From: a virus | IMG/VR virus record: IMGVR_UViG_3300017593_000751 | Span: 9,278 to 73,277 of that record | Strand: one strand, 5' to 3' | Length of the DNA stretch: 64,000 bases | Part shown: piece after piece, positions 18,970 to 27,830 of the stretch | How the letters are laid out: the number at the start of each line of letters is the position of its first letter | Position numbering within the stretch: the stretch's first letter is position 1 | Program-made: the position numbers and the translations under genes | The notes under the pieces: model-generated | Database searches by the model: none | What the model saw: only the letters and a program-made list of their open reading frames with translations | What the model was told of the DNA's origin: nothing

Positions 18970-21452
18970 AATTGGCACGGTCTTTTCACTTTGACGCGGG
19001 TGAAATCCTGGACCGTCCGGCGGCCCCCGTCCGTGACTGTACTTCCTGCGGGTTGTTCCGGCATTGCCGCAGCCCACGAATGCCCACCAGCGGCGAGGGT
19101 CGTTTGGGCATCTTCGTGGTGGCCGAAGCCCCCGGCGAGGTCGAGGACAAGCAGAACACTCAACTAGTCGGCCCCGCTGGCCAATTCCTGCGGGAACAAA
19201 TGGAAGCCGTGGGGCTGGACCTGGACCGGGATTGTTGGCGGCAGAACGTGGTCCGTTGTCGCCCTCCGGGGAACCGTGAGCCTGCCAAAGAAGAGATAGA
19301 AGCCTGCCGCCGACTGTTGGAAGAGGACATCCGACAACGCAAGCCCGACCTTATCATTGCCTTCGGGACGGTGGCTATGGCTGGAGTGCTTTATGATGCT
19401 CCTTTCGTTCCGACAGCCGTAAAGATGCACGAGCGCATCCTGCCCAGTCCTTTGTGGGGCTGCTGGGTAGCTTGCGGCTACCATCCCTCTTGGTATCTCC
19501 ACGAAGAAGGCAGACACGACCATTTGATGCGGCGGTTTCTGGAGAAGGTTCTGAAATGGCTGGAGGACCACGAATATCAAGACCCGCGATTGGACGAGGA
19601 CGATTTTCAGCTGGTGGAAGATTTGGAGCAGGTGCGGGAGGTATTGAGGCGGGCTTCAGAATCAAAAACGCCGGTGGCCGTGGACTTCGAGACCAACTGC
19701 CTCAGCCCGTGGCAGCAGGGGGCCAAGCTGTTGACGGTGGGCTTGACTGATTCCGAAGATACAGGTTGGTGTGTTCCCGTTGAACACATAGGCGCTCGTT
19801 GGTCCCCGAAAGAATTGGAAGAAGTCAAACGTCTGTTGGCCGAGTTTTTAGCCAGCCCCGCTCCCAAGGTCATTCAGAACTGGGCTTCAATGGAAGAACC
19901 TTGGAGCGTGGTTCATCTGGGCACGTCCATAAACAACGTCATCGGCGATACGATGGTACGCGAGCACGTTCTGGACAATCGCCGGGGCGTCTGCGGCCAG
20001 GAGTTTCAAACCTATGTTCGTTATGGCACGACTTACAAAAGCGAAGTGAACCGGGTGGACCTGGCCCGGACTCCCTTGGACTTGGTGGCCCGATACAACG
20101 TATTGGACTGCCGTTACATGTTGAGGTGGTACAAGGACCAAGAGCGCGAATTCGACGCCGACGAAACCGGCGACCTTCGCAGGGCGTGTAGCTTGTTTCA
20201 TGAATCCCTGCCTGTTATGGCCCGGTGCAAGGTTCGAGGGATAAAGCTGGACCTTTCGGTATTGGACAGGTTGGAAAGGAAGGTCAAGGCCGAGCAGCAA
20301 CGTGAGCAGAAGGCCATGAACGCGGCCTGTTTGAAAAGGTTCCGACAACGCTATGGCCGCCGCTGGAAGCCGGGGAGTAATCGTGATAAGCAGCTCTTGT
20401 TTTATGGTCTGCTCGGCCTGAAGCCCACAAGGCTGACCAATAAAGGCATCGATTGGACCAACCCGCTTCATTGTTCTACGGATGAAGAGTCCTTGCTCAA
20501 CTTGTTGGAGCAAGTGGAGCCTGACGGGCCGGAGGCGGCTTTGATTCGTTTGTGCCTGCGGGGTTCGGAGCTGACCAAGCTGGGCGGAGAGATAGCCAAT
20601 CTGCGGCGCATGGCCGATGACAATGGTTATGTTCATCCTTCTTTTCATTTACACGTCGCCGAGAGCTACCGGTCGTCCTCCAGCGACCCCAACTTCCAAA
20701 ACATTCCGGTCAGAGACCCGGAAATGGCCGAGGTGAGAAAAGCTTTCGTGCCGCGGCTGGACTGGTTGATGGAGTTGGACTTTTCCGGCAATGAGGTCCG
20801 GGCCATAGCCTGCGCCTCGCGGGATGAAAGACTGATATACAACATCGCCCACGACGTGGACTATCACCGGCATTACGCGGCTTTGCTGTTCGCCAAACCG
20901 GAAGAGGAAATCACGAAACAGGAGCGTTATTTGGGCAAGAACCAGTTCGTGTTCCCTCAATTCTATGGTTCATACTGGAAGAGCATAGCCAACAAGAATC
21001 CGCAATGGCCCATTGAACGGGTACGAAAGGTGGAGGAAAAGTTTTGGAGGGATTTGCCCGGCGTGCGGGAATGGCAGGAAAGGAAACAGGAGGAGTACCG
21101 CCGACTGGGCTATGTCCGACTGATGACCGGGTTCCGCGTCCATTGGGGCAAGCACGGCCCGTTGACGCGGAACCAAATCTGCAATATTCCCATACAAGGC
21201 CCTGCCTTTCATCGTTTGTTGGCCGTTATGATAAAGGTGGAGGCGGAAATGAACCGCAGGGGATTGCGGAGCATGGTAATAGGACAGATTCACGACTCCA
21301 TCGTTTCCGACATAGCAGACGATGAATTGGAAGAGGTGATAGAATTGCAAAGGACCATAGCCACACAGCCGATTTGGGATTGGGATAAGGCCGTGCCTTG
21401 GGAGGTGGAGGTCAAAGTAGGGCCGAACCTGTTGGAGATGGAAGTGATATGA
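18960..21452 (+). CDS. polA: Family A DNA polymerase with N-terminal family-4 uracil-DNA glycosylase and 3'-5' exonuclease domains
   Basis: CTSCGL, EAPGE, CRPPGNR, YHPS (UDG4); VDFET (ExoI); RSSSSDPNFQNIP, DFSGNEVR (A), KNQFVFPQFYG (B), QIHDS (C). Confidence 0.95.
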   Translation: MGIELARSFHFDAGEILDRPAAPVRDCTSCGLFRHCRSPRMPTSGEGRLGIFVVAEAPGEVEDKQNTQLVGPAGQFLREQMEAVGLDLDRDCWRQNVVRCRPPGNREPAKEEIEACRRLLEEDIRQRKPDLIIAFGTVAMAGVLYDAPFVPTAVKMHERILPSPLWGCWVACGYHPSWYLHEEGRHDHLMRRFLEKVLKWLEDHEYQDPRLDEDDFQLVEDLEQVREVLRRASESKTPVAVDFETNCLSPWQQGAKLLTVGLTDSEDTGWCVPVEHIGARWSPKELEEVKRLLAEFLASPAPKVIQNWASMEEPWSVVHLGTSINNVIGDTMVREHVLDNRRGVCGQEFQTYVRYGTTYKSEVNRVDLARTPLDLVARYNVLDCRYMLRWYKDQEREFDADETGDLRRACSLFHESLPVMARCKVRGIKLDLSVLDRLERKVKAEQQREQKAMNAACLKRFRQRYGRRWKPGSNRDKQLLFYGLLGLKPTRLTNKGIDWTNPLHCSTDEESLLNLLEQVEPDGPEAALIRLCLRGSELTKLGGEIANLRRMADDNGYVHPSFHLHVAESYRSSSSDPNFQNIPVRDPEMAEVRKAFVPRLDWLMELDFSGNEVRAIACASRDERLIYNIAHDVDYHRHYAALLFAKPEEEITKQERYLGKNQFVFPQFYGSYWKSIANKNPQWPIERVRKVEEKFWRDLPGVREWQERKQEEYRRLGYVRLMTGFRVHWGKHGPLTRNQICNIPIQGPAFHRLLAVMIKVEAEMNRRGLRSMVIGQIHDSIVSDIADDELEEVIELQRTIATQPIWDWDKAVPWEVEVKVGPNLLEMEVI

Positions 21453-21492
21453 TTCCAAGTCGGACAAGGTTCGCTTTCTGAAAGGAGACATC

Positions 21493-22422
21493 ATGGGCTT
21501 ATACCAACGTGTCAGACCTAAAACCTTCGACGAAGTGTTCGGCAACGAGGCCGCTGTGGCGGCTCTTCGCCGAGCCGTTTCCAGCGAACGGCGAGCCCAC
21601 GCCTATTTGCTGAGCGGGCCGAGCGGGTGCGGCAAGACCACCTTGGCCCGGATAGCAGCCCGCGAGTTCGGCTGCGCCGAGATGAACATCCACGAGATAA
21701 ACGCGGCCAGTAGTCGTGGTATAGACATGGCCCGCGAGTTGGAGCGCCGCACTTTGTCCGCCCCTCTCGGCGGCGGGAACCGCGCAATCATCCTGGATGA
21801 GGCCCACAGCCTCACCCGCGATGCTTCAAACGCCTTGTTGAAGGTCTTAGAGGACATCCCGGACTGGTGCTATTACTTTCTTTGCACCACCGAACCAGCC
21901 AAGCTTCTGCCCACCATTCGCACGCGGTGCGAACCTATTGAAGTTCGTCCTTTGTCGGAAGAACAGTTACTTGAGCTATTGGTTAGCGTGATTGAGCGAG
22001 GCGAAGCCTCCGACCCTGGGGATGATGTGCTGGATGAAATAGCGACAAATGCCAATGGCTGTCCCCGACGGGCCTTGGTCTTGCTGGAGCAGGTGGACGG
22101 GCTGCCGGAGGACCAGGCTTTGAAGCTGGTTCGGAGCTACGAAGCTTCGGAGCGCGAGGTGATAGACTTGTGCCGGGCCGTTTTGAAAGGCCAATGGCAA
22201 GAGGCGGTCAAGGTGTTCAAGGGCCTGCCCGATAGAGACCCGGAAAAGATACGCCGAGCTATATTGGGCTATCTTCGGGGGGCTTTGCTCAAGGCCCGCA
22301 AAACAGCTGATGCTATCCTGTTGGTGGAAAAGATAGAAGAATTGACTGAACCGACCTACGACAGCGGGGAGGCCGGATTGTTAGCTATGATTTTTCGAGC
22401 TTGTCGGGTGGAAACGGCTTGA
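21493..22422 (+). CDS. Clamp loader AAA+ ATPase (DnaX/RFC-like)
   Basis: RPKTFDEV, GPSGCGKTT, LDEAH, NALLKVLE, TIRTRC. Confidence 0.92.
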   Translation: MGLYQRVRPKTFDEVFGNEAAVAALRRAVSSERRAHAYLLSGPSGCGKTTLARIAAREFGCAEMNIHEINAASSRGIDMARELERRTLSAPLGGGNRAIILDEAHSLTRDASNALLKVLEDIPDWCYYFLCTTEPAKLLPTIRTRCEPIEVRPLSEEQLLELLVSVIERGEASDPGDDVLDEIATNANGCPRRALVLLEQVDGLPEDQALKLVRSYEASEREVIDLCRAVLKGQWQEAVKVFKGLPDRDPEKIRRAILGYLRGALLKARKTADAILLVEKIEELTEPTYDSGEAGLLAMIFRACRVETA

Positions 22423-22467
22423 AACGATATAATAAGGTGAGGACAGAGACCACGATTCCGAAAGGAG

Positions 22468-23634
22468 ATGAACATGAGCAGGAGAGCGCGAGATAGACGC
22501 GACAGGCGACAGGCCCGCAGGGAAGCCTACGAGCGGGACAAGGCTCAGGCCAAGGCCGAGGGTTCGTTGGGCCGGAAAAGCCCGCTGAAACCCGAGGCCG
22601 AGCTGGAAGAGTTGGGGGTGAAGCAGTTCCGGCCCGTGTTGGGCAAGAACGAATCGGAGCACACCTTTGCCGTCCGTTTGCTGCCCTTCCATCAAGACGA
22701 CCCGGACCGGCTGGGCTTCCCTCTCTATATCCACTACGGAGTGGGGCCGGAAGGCGATGCTTTTCTGTGTCCTGTGATGCAAAGCGAGGTGTTCCGCGAG
22801 TTCGGGATGGAGGTGCCCGAAGTCTGGCGGGATGCGCGGTGTCCCGTGTGCGAAGAGTACGAGCGCGAGCTGGAGCGATACAAGAAGGTCCGCGATGAGC
22901 TGGGCGAGGAGGACCGAAAGAAGGCTTATGCCAAGGTGTCTCGCTATGCCCCTTACACTGGCGGGTTCACGGCCAAGAAGCCCAAGTCGATGCTGGTGTT
23001 CCTGGTGGACGCCAGCAGCCCGGAGGCCGAGGCCGAGGGAGTTCAGGTATATCTAATGCCCTATTGGTCCGTTTATGTCCAAGGTGTTTTGGAGCAAGGC
23101 GAGGACCCCGACACCGGCGAGTTTGTGGACCTTCAAGACCCGGAAGAAGAGATGGTCTTCTTCTTCAAGCGAATCGGCACGGGGCAGACGGACACCAAAT
23201 ACTTCGGGTATCGCACCAAGCGAAAGCCTTGGCGAGTGGAGGATTGGGAAGACATCGTGGACTCCGTGCCCCGCGTAATGGACGTGCTGCATTTTGCCAG
23301 CTACGACGAAATCATGGAGGCCATGTCCGGGGTGCCCGTTGAGGAGTCGGACGGGGGGAACGAAGTTAATGGGGAGGACGTAGAAGAAGGCCCCGTTGAG
23401 GATGAACCCTCTTATCGGGCTGAACGGCGGTCTGGGGGACGGCGAAGGCCCCGGTCTGCCGAAGATGATGAGAAAGAGCTAGAAGAGGAGCCGCCCAAAC
23501 CGCCCCGGCGGGATAAGGACGACGACGAAACCGAGTTGGCCAAACGGGTAGAACGGCTGCGCCGGAAGCGGGAAGAGCTTCGCCGACAGGCCCGCCGGCG
23601 GGCGGAAGAAGACGACCCGGACGTGCCCTTCTGA
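22468..23634 (+). CDS. Single-stranded DNA-binding protein (gp32-like)
   Basis: VRLLP, HY, CP..CPVCE, GTGQTDTKY; acidic tail ending DDPDVPF. Confidence 0.75.
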   Translation: MNMSRRARDRRDRRQARREAYERDKAQAKAEGSLGRKSPLKPEAELEELGVKQFRPVLGKNESEHTFAVRLLPFHQDDPDRLGFPLYIHYGVGPEGDAFLCPVMQSEVFREFGMEVPEVWRDARCPVCEEYERELERYKKVRDELGEEDRKKAYAKVSRYAPYTGGFTAKKPKSMLVFLVDASSPEAEAEGVQVYLMPYWSVYVQGVLEQGEDPDTGEFVDLQDPEEEMVFFFKRIGTGQTDTKYFGYRTKRKPWRVEDWEDIVDSVPRVMDVLHFASYDEIMEAMSGVPVEESDGGNEVNGEDVEEGPVEDEPSYRAERRSGGRRRPRSAEDDEKELEEEPPKPPRRDKDDDETELAKRVERLRRKREELRRQARRRAEEDDPDVPF

Positions 23635-23695
23635 TGCTAAGCCCACTATGTCACGGCGGGCTGGCGTTGGCGTTTGCAAGGAAGAGGAATAGGCT

Positions 23696-24250
23696 ATGAC
23701 CCCCGAACAAGAGTTGGAGTATAATCAGCTTCAGTCTTGCCTCCATATCAATCTTCACGGCCTTCACGAAGACGCCCAAGGCCAGCCGGAGTTGGCTTTC
23801 CGGGCTGGCGAATTGGCCGCCGAGTTGAAGGCCGCGGCCAAACGCGCCAAGTTGAACTATGAAGAGGTGGCGGCTAGCGTGGAGATGGAGGTAAGGAGCG
23901 GCCCTGAGGATTTCGGGCTGAAGAAGGTTACGGAGTCCACTATCGCCTCTGTGGTCACGAAGCATCCCGACGTTTTATCGGCCCGCAAGGCCCAGATAGA
24001 AGCGGAACGGGACGCGGACTTGGCCGCGGCCCTGGCCAATGCCTTTGAGCATCGCCGCTCCATGCTCAAGTCGGAGGTGGAGTTGTATGTAAACAACTAT
24101 TGGGGCGATGTAGAAGTGAAAGAACGAGACATGCGAAGGAACGAAACGGCTTCGCGGGTAAAGGCAGCTGAAGATAAAGAGGCCGAAATTGAAGCCAAGC
24201 GGCGGGAACGGCGGGGAGTGAAACGGAGGCGGAAGGGGGTGACTGAATGA
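23696..24250 (+). CDS. UvsY-like recombination mediator
   Basis: Helical protein with KVTE and AFEHRRSML motifs, between SSB and RecA. Confidence 0.6.
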   Translation: MTPEQELEYNQLQSCLHINLHGLHEDAQGQPELAFRAGELAAELKAAAKRAKLNYEEVAASVEMEVRSGPEDFGLKKVTESTIASVVTKHPDVLSARKAQIEAERDADLAAALANAFEHRRSMLKSEVELYVNNYWGDVEVKERDMRRNETASRVKAAEDKEAEIEAKRRERRGVKRRRKGVTE

Positions 24251-25422
24251 AAAGACGAAGGTCGGCAAAACAGGCAAGGGGAACGGCGGAGAGCCTTCAT
24301 CGCCAGGACTTGCCGCCCTGCCGGTATTTTCTGAGCACAGGCTCAACTCTGCTGGACTTGGCCATTTCCGACCGCTACCCCGGCGGTGTAGGCTCCGGCC
24401 GGACCACGCAGATTATCGGCGACCACTCCACCGCCAAGACCGTCATCGTCAAGGAGATTTTAGGGGCTGCCCAACGGCTGGGCGGCTACGCGGTGGAAGA
24501 GGACGCGGAATACACGCCGGACTTTCTGCGGGCGGAACTGTTCGGCCTCCACGTGGGCAAATGGGCGGATGAGGCCGTACAGGCCGAGGCCCGCAACATG
24601 CCCATATATGAGGCTGTTCGCATCGAGAAGGACTATTGCTACCGCAACCCCGAAAGCATAGAGGCCGTATTCGACGAAGAGATTGGCCCACTTTGTCAAC
24701 TGGTGGAGGGGCGATTGGGCGAGGGGGCGAAGGCCAAGCAGGTTGAGCCTTTGCCCAAGCCCTTGGCTATCGGCGTGGACACCTTCACGGCCCTGCCCAG
24801 CAGGACAGAGAAGGGCGAAGCCTTGGACGAAAGGAGCTATCGGGCGGAGAGGGCCAAGCGCATGAGTGCTGGCTTCCGCAAGTGGCTGGCCCCTATGGCC
24901 CGGAACGATGTGGCCTTGATAGCCGTGGACCACATCAGAGACAATATCGGCGTCATGTTCGGCCCGAAATGGACCACCAGCGGCGGCAAGGCCCTTCAGC
25001 AATACGCCAGCACGCGCATCTTTCTCGCGCAGGCCGGCGATTTGAAGAACCGGGCAGGTAGGACAGTAGGGGTGAAAATCAAGGCCAAGGTGGTCAAAAA
25101 CAAGATAGCGCCGCCGGGACGGGAGACCTTCTTTTATGTACTGTTTGATTATGGAATAGACGACATCCGGGGCAACTTGGAATGGCTGGCCGAGCAGGCC
25201 CAGGCCGGAATTGAAACAGCGCTGGGGAAGTCGGGGGCCTGGTGGTCCTGGCGAGGCGAAAAGCTGGGCCAAGGAATAGAGGGGGCCATCGAGGCCGTGG
25301 AGAGGGCCGGATTGGAAAAGGAGCTGGAGGCCGAGGTGGCGCGGGTCTGGCAAGTGGTCTATGAAGGCCCGGGGAGGGCGAGGAAAAGACGGCATGGCCA
25401 AGAGGCGCAAGAAGAAGTCTAA
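24247..25422 (+). CDS. recA: RecA/UvsX recombinase
   Basis: STGSTLLD, variant Walker A GDHSTAKT, DAE, TTSGGKAL, VVKNKIAPP. Confidence 0.93.
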   Translation: MKRRRSAKQARGTAESLHRQDLPPCRYFLSTGSTLLDLAISDRYPGGVGSGRTTQIIGDHSTAKTVIVKEILGAAQRLGGYAVEEDAEYTPDFLRAELFGLHVGKWADEAVQAEARNMPIYEAVRIEKDYCYRNPESIEAVFDEEIGPLCQLVEGRLGEGAKAKQVEPLPKPLAIGVDTFTALPSRTEKGEALDERSYRAERAKRMSAGFRKWLAPMARNDVALIAVDHIRDNIGVMFGPKWTTSGGKALQQYASTRIFLAQAGDLKNRAGRTVGVKIKAKVVKNKIAPPGRETFFYVLFDYGIDDIRGNLEWLAEQAQAGIETALGKSGAWWSWRGEKLGQGIEGAIEAVERAGLEKELEAEVARVWQVVYEGPGRARKRRHGQEAQEEV

Positions 25423-25807
25423 GCTTCAAAGGGCCAAGGAAAATCCTGCCTCTAGATACTGGCGGAACAAGGCGGATGAGGCTTGGAGAAAGGCGGTCTT
25501 GACAAGGGATGGTTATCGTTGCGTTGTTTGCGGGACAGACCGCAATCTTCAGGTCCATCATCTGTTTAGTAGAGGCCGGGCGGATACACGGCACGAAGTT
25601 TCAAACGGGATAACGTTGTGCTCAGCGCATCATAAGTGGAGTCGGGAGATTAGCCCTCATAAGGGACCGGTGGCTTTCTTTCTGTGGCTCCAGAAGAACC
25701 GTCCTGACCAATGGGAATGGCTGAAAAAACATGTAGCTGAACCTGAAAATTACAAGCCTGATTTTCGGGAGACATATAATAGACTGAGGGCAAACGAAGA
25801 TGGGTAG
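25394..25807 (+). CDS. HNH endonuclease (NinG/Rap-like)
   Basis: RDGYRCVVCG, QVHH, NGITLCSAHH. Confidence 0.85.
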   Translation: MAKRRKKKSKLQRAKENPASRYWRNKADEAWRKAVLTRDGYRCVVCGTDRNLQVHHLFSRGRADTRHEVSNGITLCSAHHKWSREISPHKGPVAFFLWLQKNRPDQWEWLKKHVAEPENYKPDFRETYNRLRANEDG

Positions 25808-25944
25808 TGGGTCAAGAATGAAATCACCTCGTTTTTCGTGGGCCACCCGGAGCGTTGCCCCTCCCATCTTAGTAGAAACAAGCGGGTTTGTGGGCCAGGG
25901 TCAGAATCGCCCCGTCTTTTGTGGGTCATAAAGAGCATCGCCCC
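25799..25944. repeat. Four-unit dual-repeat array, 31-bp period
   Basis: TGGGYCA at 25808, 25839, 25891 and 25922, each followed after 9 variable nt by TYRCCY. Confidence 0.7.
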
Positions 25945-25965
25945 AATCCGAGGAATAATAGTTTC

Positions 25966-26060
25966 GGTCAGGTAAGGCATGGTCAGGTGAGGTTGGGCGG
26001 GGTATGGTGAGGCAAGGTCGGGTCCGGTGTGGTGTGGTAAGGTGAGGTAAGGTTTGGCGA
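25966..26060 (+). repeat. 19 consecutive GGYNN pentamers, probable non-coding RNA
   Basis: ggtca ggtaa ggcat ggtca ggtga ggttg ggcgg ggtat ggtga ggcaa ggtcg ggtcc ggtgt ggtgt ggtaa ggtga ggtaa ggttt ggcga. Confidence 0.9.
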
Positions 26061-26209
26061 TGAAAGAAGCTATCCTGAAAAGGCAAGGTTGGACCGTCAT
26101 CAGACTGCATTGGCGAGACATAGAACAAGATGTTCAAGCTTGTGTAGATAAGATTTTGGCGGCAATTCCAGCGAAGTCTGCGTATAATAGACTGGTCGGC
26201 AAAGATTGA
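26060..26209 (+). pseudogene. C-terminal fragment of DUF559/Vsr-like endonuclease
   Basis: LKRQGWTVIRLHWRDIEQDVQACVDKI matches the typical C-terminus; catalytic part absent. Confidence 0.6.
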
Positions 26210-26220
26210 AAACCAAAGAT

Positions 26221-26360
26221 TGCCCGCCTGAGGCGCGGGGAGCGCCTCGTTGGCAGCCTGTGCTGGCTCAATATTGGCCGGTCCCAATCGGAGAGGGTAG
26301 GCGGCGACGCGACGCCGAACGGCGGCGGCAGCCCGGCTGGGGAAACCGGGCAGGCGGGCA
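26221..26360 (+). ncRNA. Candidate structured RNA, unit 1
   Basis: Closing stem TGCCCGCCTG/CAGGCGGGCA; terminal hairpin CCCGG-CTGGGGAAA-CCGGG. Confidence 0.6.
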
Positions 26361-26380
26361 TGACATTGACAACCGAAGAT

Positions 26381-26528
26381 TGCCCGTCCGGGGCACGGCA
26401 GGTGCCCGGTGGCGCTGCCCGAGGCCACAGAGGCCCGAACTGCCTGCCGCGAGAGTGAAGCAATGCTGCCCGCTCGAGCGCGGCATTGCGGGCAGGGGAC
26501 TCGGCTGGGGAAACCGAGCGGATGGACA
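26381..26528 (+). ncRNA. Candidate structured RNA, unit 2
   Basis: Same architecture as unit 1 with compensatory changes. Confidence 0.6.
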
Positions 26529-26549
26529 CAAGATAAGAGGAGACAGACA

Positions 26550-26801
26550 ATGGCGAAGGCCAAAACTGACCTTGAGGCGGTTCGGATTTTGTTGGCACAA
26601 TGCCTTGAATGGGAATTGTACCGGCACAAAAGCAAGGGATATGCGTGCGGCATCAAACACAAAGGTGAATGGCTTTATGCTTGCGGTCGTCAATTGAGGT
26701 TTGCAATCGCCGCCGCTTTGGACGCGGCGGGGCTGAATCCGGGCGGGCAAGCGAAGGAGAGGATGAATGGCAACGGAGAAATCATTAGTAGAAAAGCTTA
26801 A
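26550..26801 (+). CDS. Small hypothetical protein (paralogous family)
   Basis: GAGGAG RBS; EWELY..GYAC pattern. Confidence 0.6.
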   Translation: MAKAKTDLEAVRILLAQCLEWELYRHKSKGYACGIKHKGEWLYACGRQLRFAIAAALDAAGLNPGGQAKERMNGNGEIISRKA

Positions 26802-27039
26802 GGTCATCTCTAAAGACTACGACCGGCTTAGAGAAGTCCTGACCGCTCGCGTCGATGGTATGAACGAAAAGAACACTATTGGTCGGTTTGAAGATTCGGG
26901 TGTGTTGAGGATTGAAACCATTATTTCGGGCGCCACTGTGTATCTCTCTGAGACCGGTCAAGCCCAGCTTGTCCGCTTCATCTGCCGTGCGCGGGGCTGG
27001 CAAGTTCCGCCGGAAATTGTGGAGGAGGAGGAGAAATGA
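26767..27039 (+). CDS. Hypothetical protein
   Basis: RBS and operon packing. Confidence 0.6.
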   Translation: MATEKSLVEKLKVISKDYDRLREVLTARVDGMNEKNTIGRFEDSGVLRIETIISGATVYLSETGQAQLVRFICRARGWQVPPEIVEEEEK

Positions 27040-27242
27040 CTTGGTTCATCCTCGCTGCCTTGGTGTACCTCGTCGGCTTCGTCGTGGCCTTCGTCCTGAC
27101 CGTCGGAGAGGACTTCGGATGGAAGGATGCCGCCCTGTTCGCGTTGTGGTGGCCGATAGTGGCAGCGGTCTTGATTGTGTTGTTCGTAGATGAAACCATA
27201 AGACAAGTATGCAGCAAACGGCGGAAGGAGAACAACCGATGA
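27036..27242 (+). CDS. Small two-TM membrane protein
   Basis: Hydrophobic; LWWP motif. Confidence 0.65.
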   Translation: MTWFILAALVYLVGFVVAFVLTVGEDFGWKDAALFALWWPIVAAVLIVLFVDETIRQVCSKRRKENNR

Positions 27243-27475
27243 CAAAGCAAACAGAGCGAATAAATACGTTTGGCTTGTTGGCCCAACTCCGGCGGATGAA
27301 CACAGAATGGCACTTGGGGTATAGTCCGCGAGAGGGCCATTATTGCCACGTCTGGCTCCCGGCGGCGCTCGGCGGAAACTATTTGGCGTCGGGCCGAGAC
27401 AAAATCATGGGCAGGGCAATCAAGCAAGCTCTTGTCGAAGTAGAACGCATCAGGCAGGCGGAAACAGGAGGATAA
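27239..27475 (+). CDS. Small hypothetical protein (paralogous family)
   Basis: Similar to 28665..28970. Confidence 0.65.
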   Translation: MTKQTERINTFGLLAQLRRMNTEWHLGYSPREGHYCHVWLPAALGGNYLASGRDKIMGRAIKQALVEVERIRQAETGG

Positions 27476-27478
27476 CCA

Positions 27479-27628
27479 ATGACCAGGCCAGCAAGGAACG
27501 GAAGCGGTCGCGGACGTGGCCAGCCCGGCGGAGGACGCCGGGGCAGGAACACCGGCCCATGCCGCCGAGGTGGCCCCGGCTACGGTCGAGGCGGCGGTCG
27601 TGGTAAGGGTACCGGAAGGCAAGGATAG
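27479..27628 (+). CDS. 49-aa Gly/Arg-rich protein (not in ORF track)
   Basis: AGGAGG RBS; MTRPARNGSGRGRGQPGGGRRGRNTGPCRRGGPGYGRGGGRGKGTGRQG. Confidence 0.65.
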   Translation: MTRPARNGSGRGRGQPGGGRRGRNTGPCRRGGPGYGRGGGRGKGTGRQG

Positions 27629-27693
27629 GTATCATCCGAGGCCACGTGGCCTTTGCCCTGAACGCCTCGCCTGCGGGCGACGGCTAGGGGCAA

Positions 27694-27802
27694 GCCCGCC
27701 CGGATTGATTGACGTGGAAGAGTGCAGGGCGCGGCGGCGGGAGGAATCACCGACCGCCAAAACGCCCACGGGAACCGCCGAGGGGTAAGGCGGCGGGCGG
27801 GC
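27694..27802 (+). ncRNA. Candidate structured RNA, unit 3
   Basis: GCCCGCCCG/CGGGCGGGC closing stem; CCGCC-GAGGGGTAA-GGCGG hairpin. Confidence 0.55.
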
Positions 27803-27830
27803 AAGGCAGGACGGAAAGGAGACTACAAAA

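Noticed and set aside
24460-25410. Long antisense ORFs (also 29675..30442, 46025..46852, 62163..63206)
   Set aside because: Shadow frames of well-supported genes
25799-26060. CRISPR array
   Set aside because: Repeats are far too short and no cas genes are present; reported as non-CRISPR arrays instead
26206-26697. 163-aa ORF and overlapping antisense ORFs over the structured elements
   Set aside because: TTG start, no RBS, Arg/Pro/Gly composition typical of GC-rich non-coding DNA
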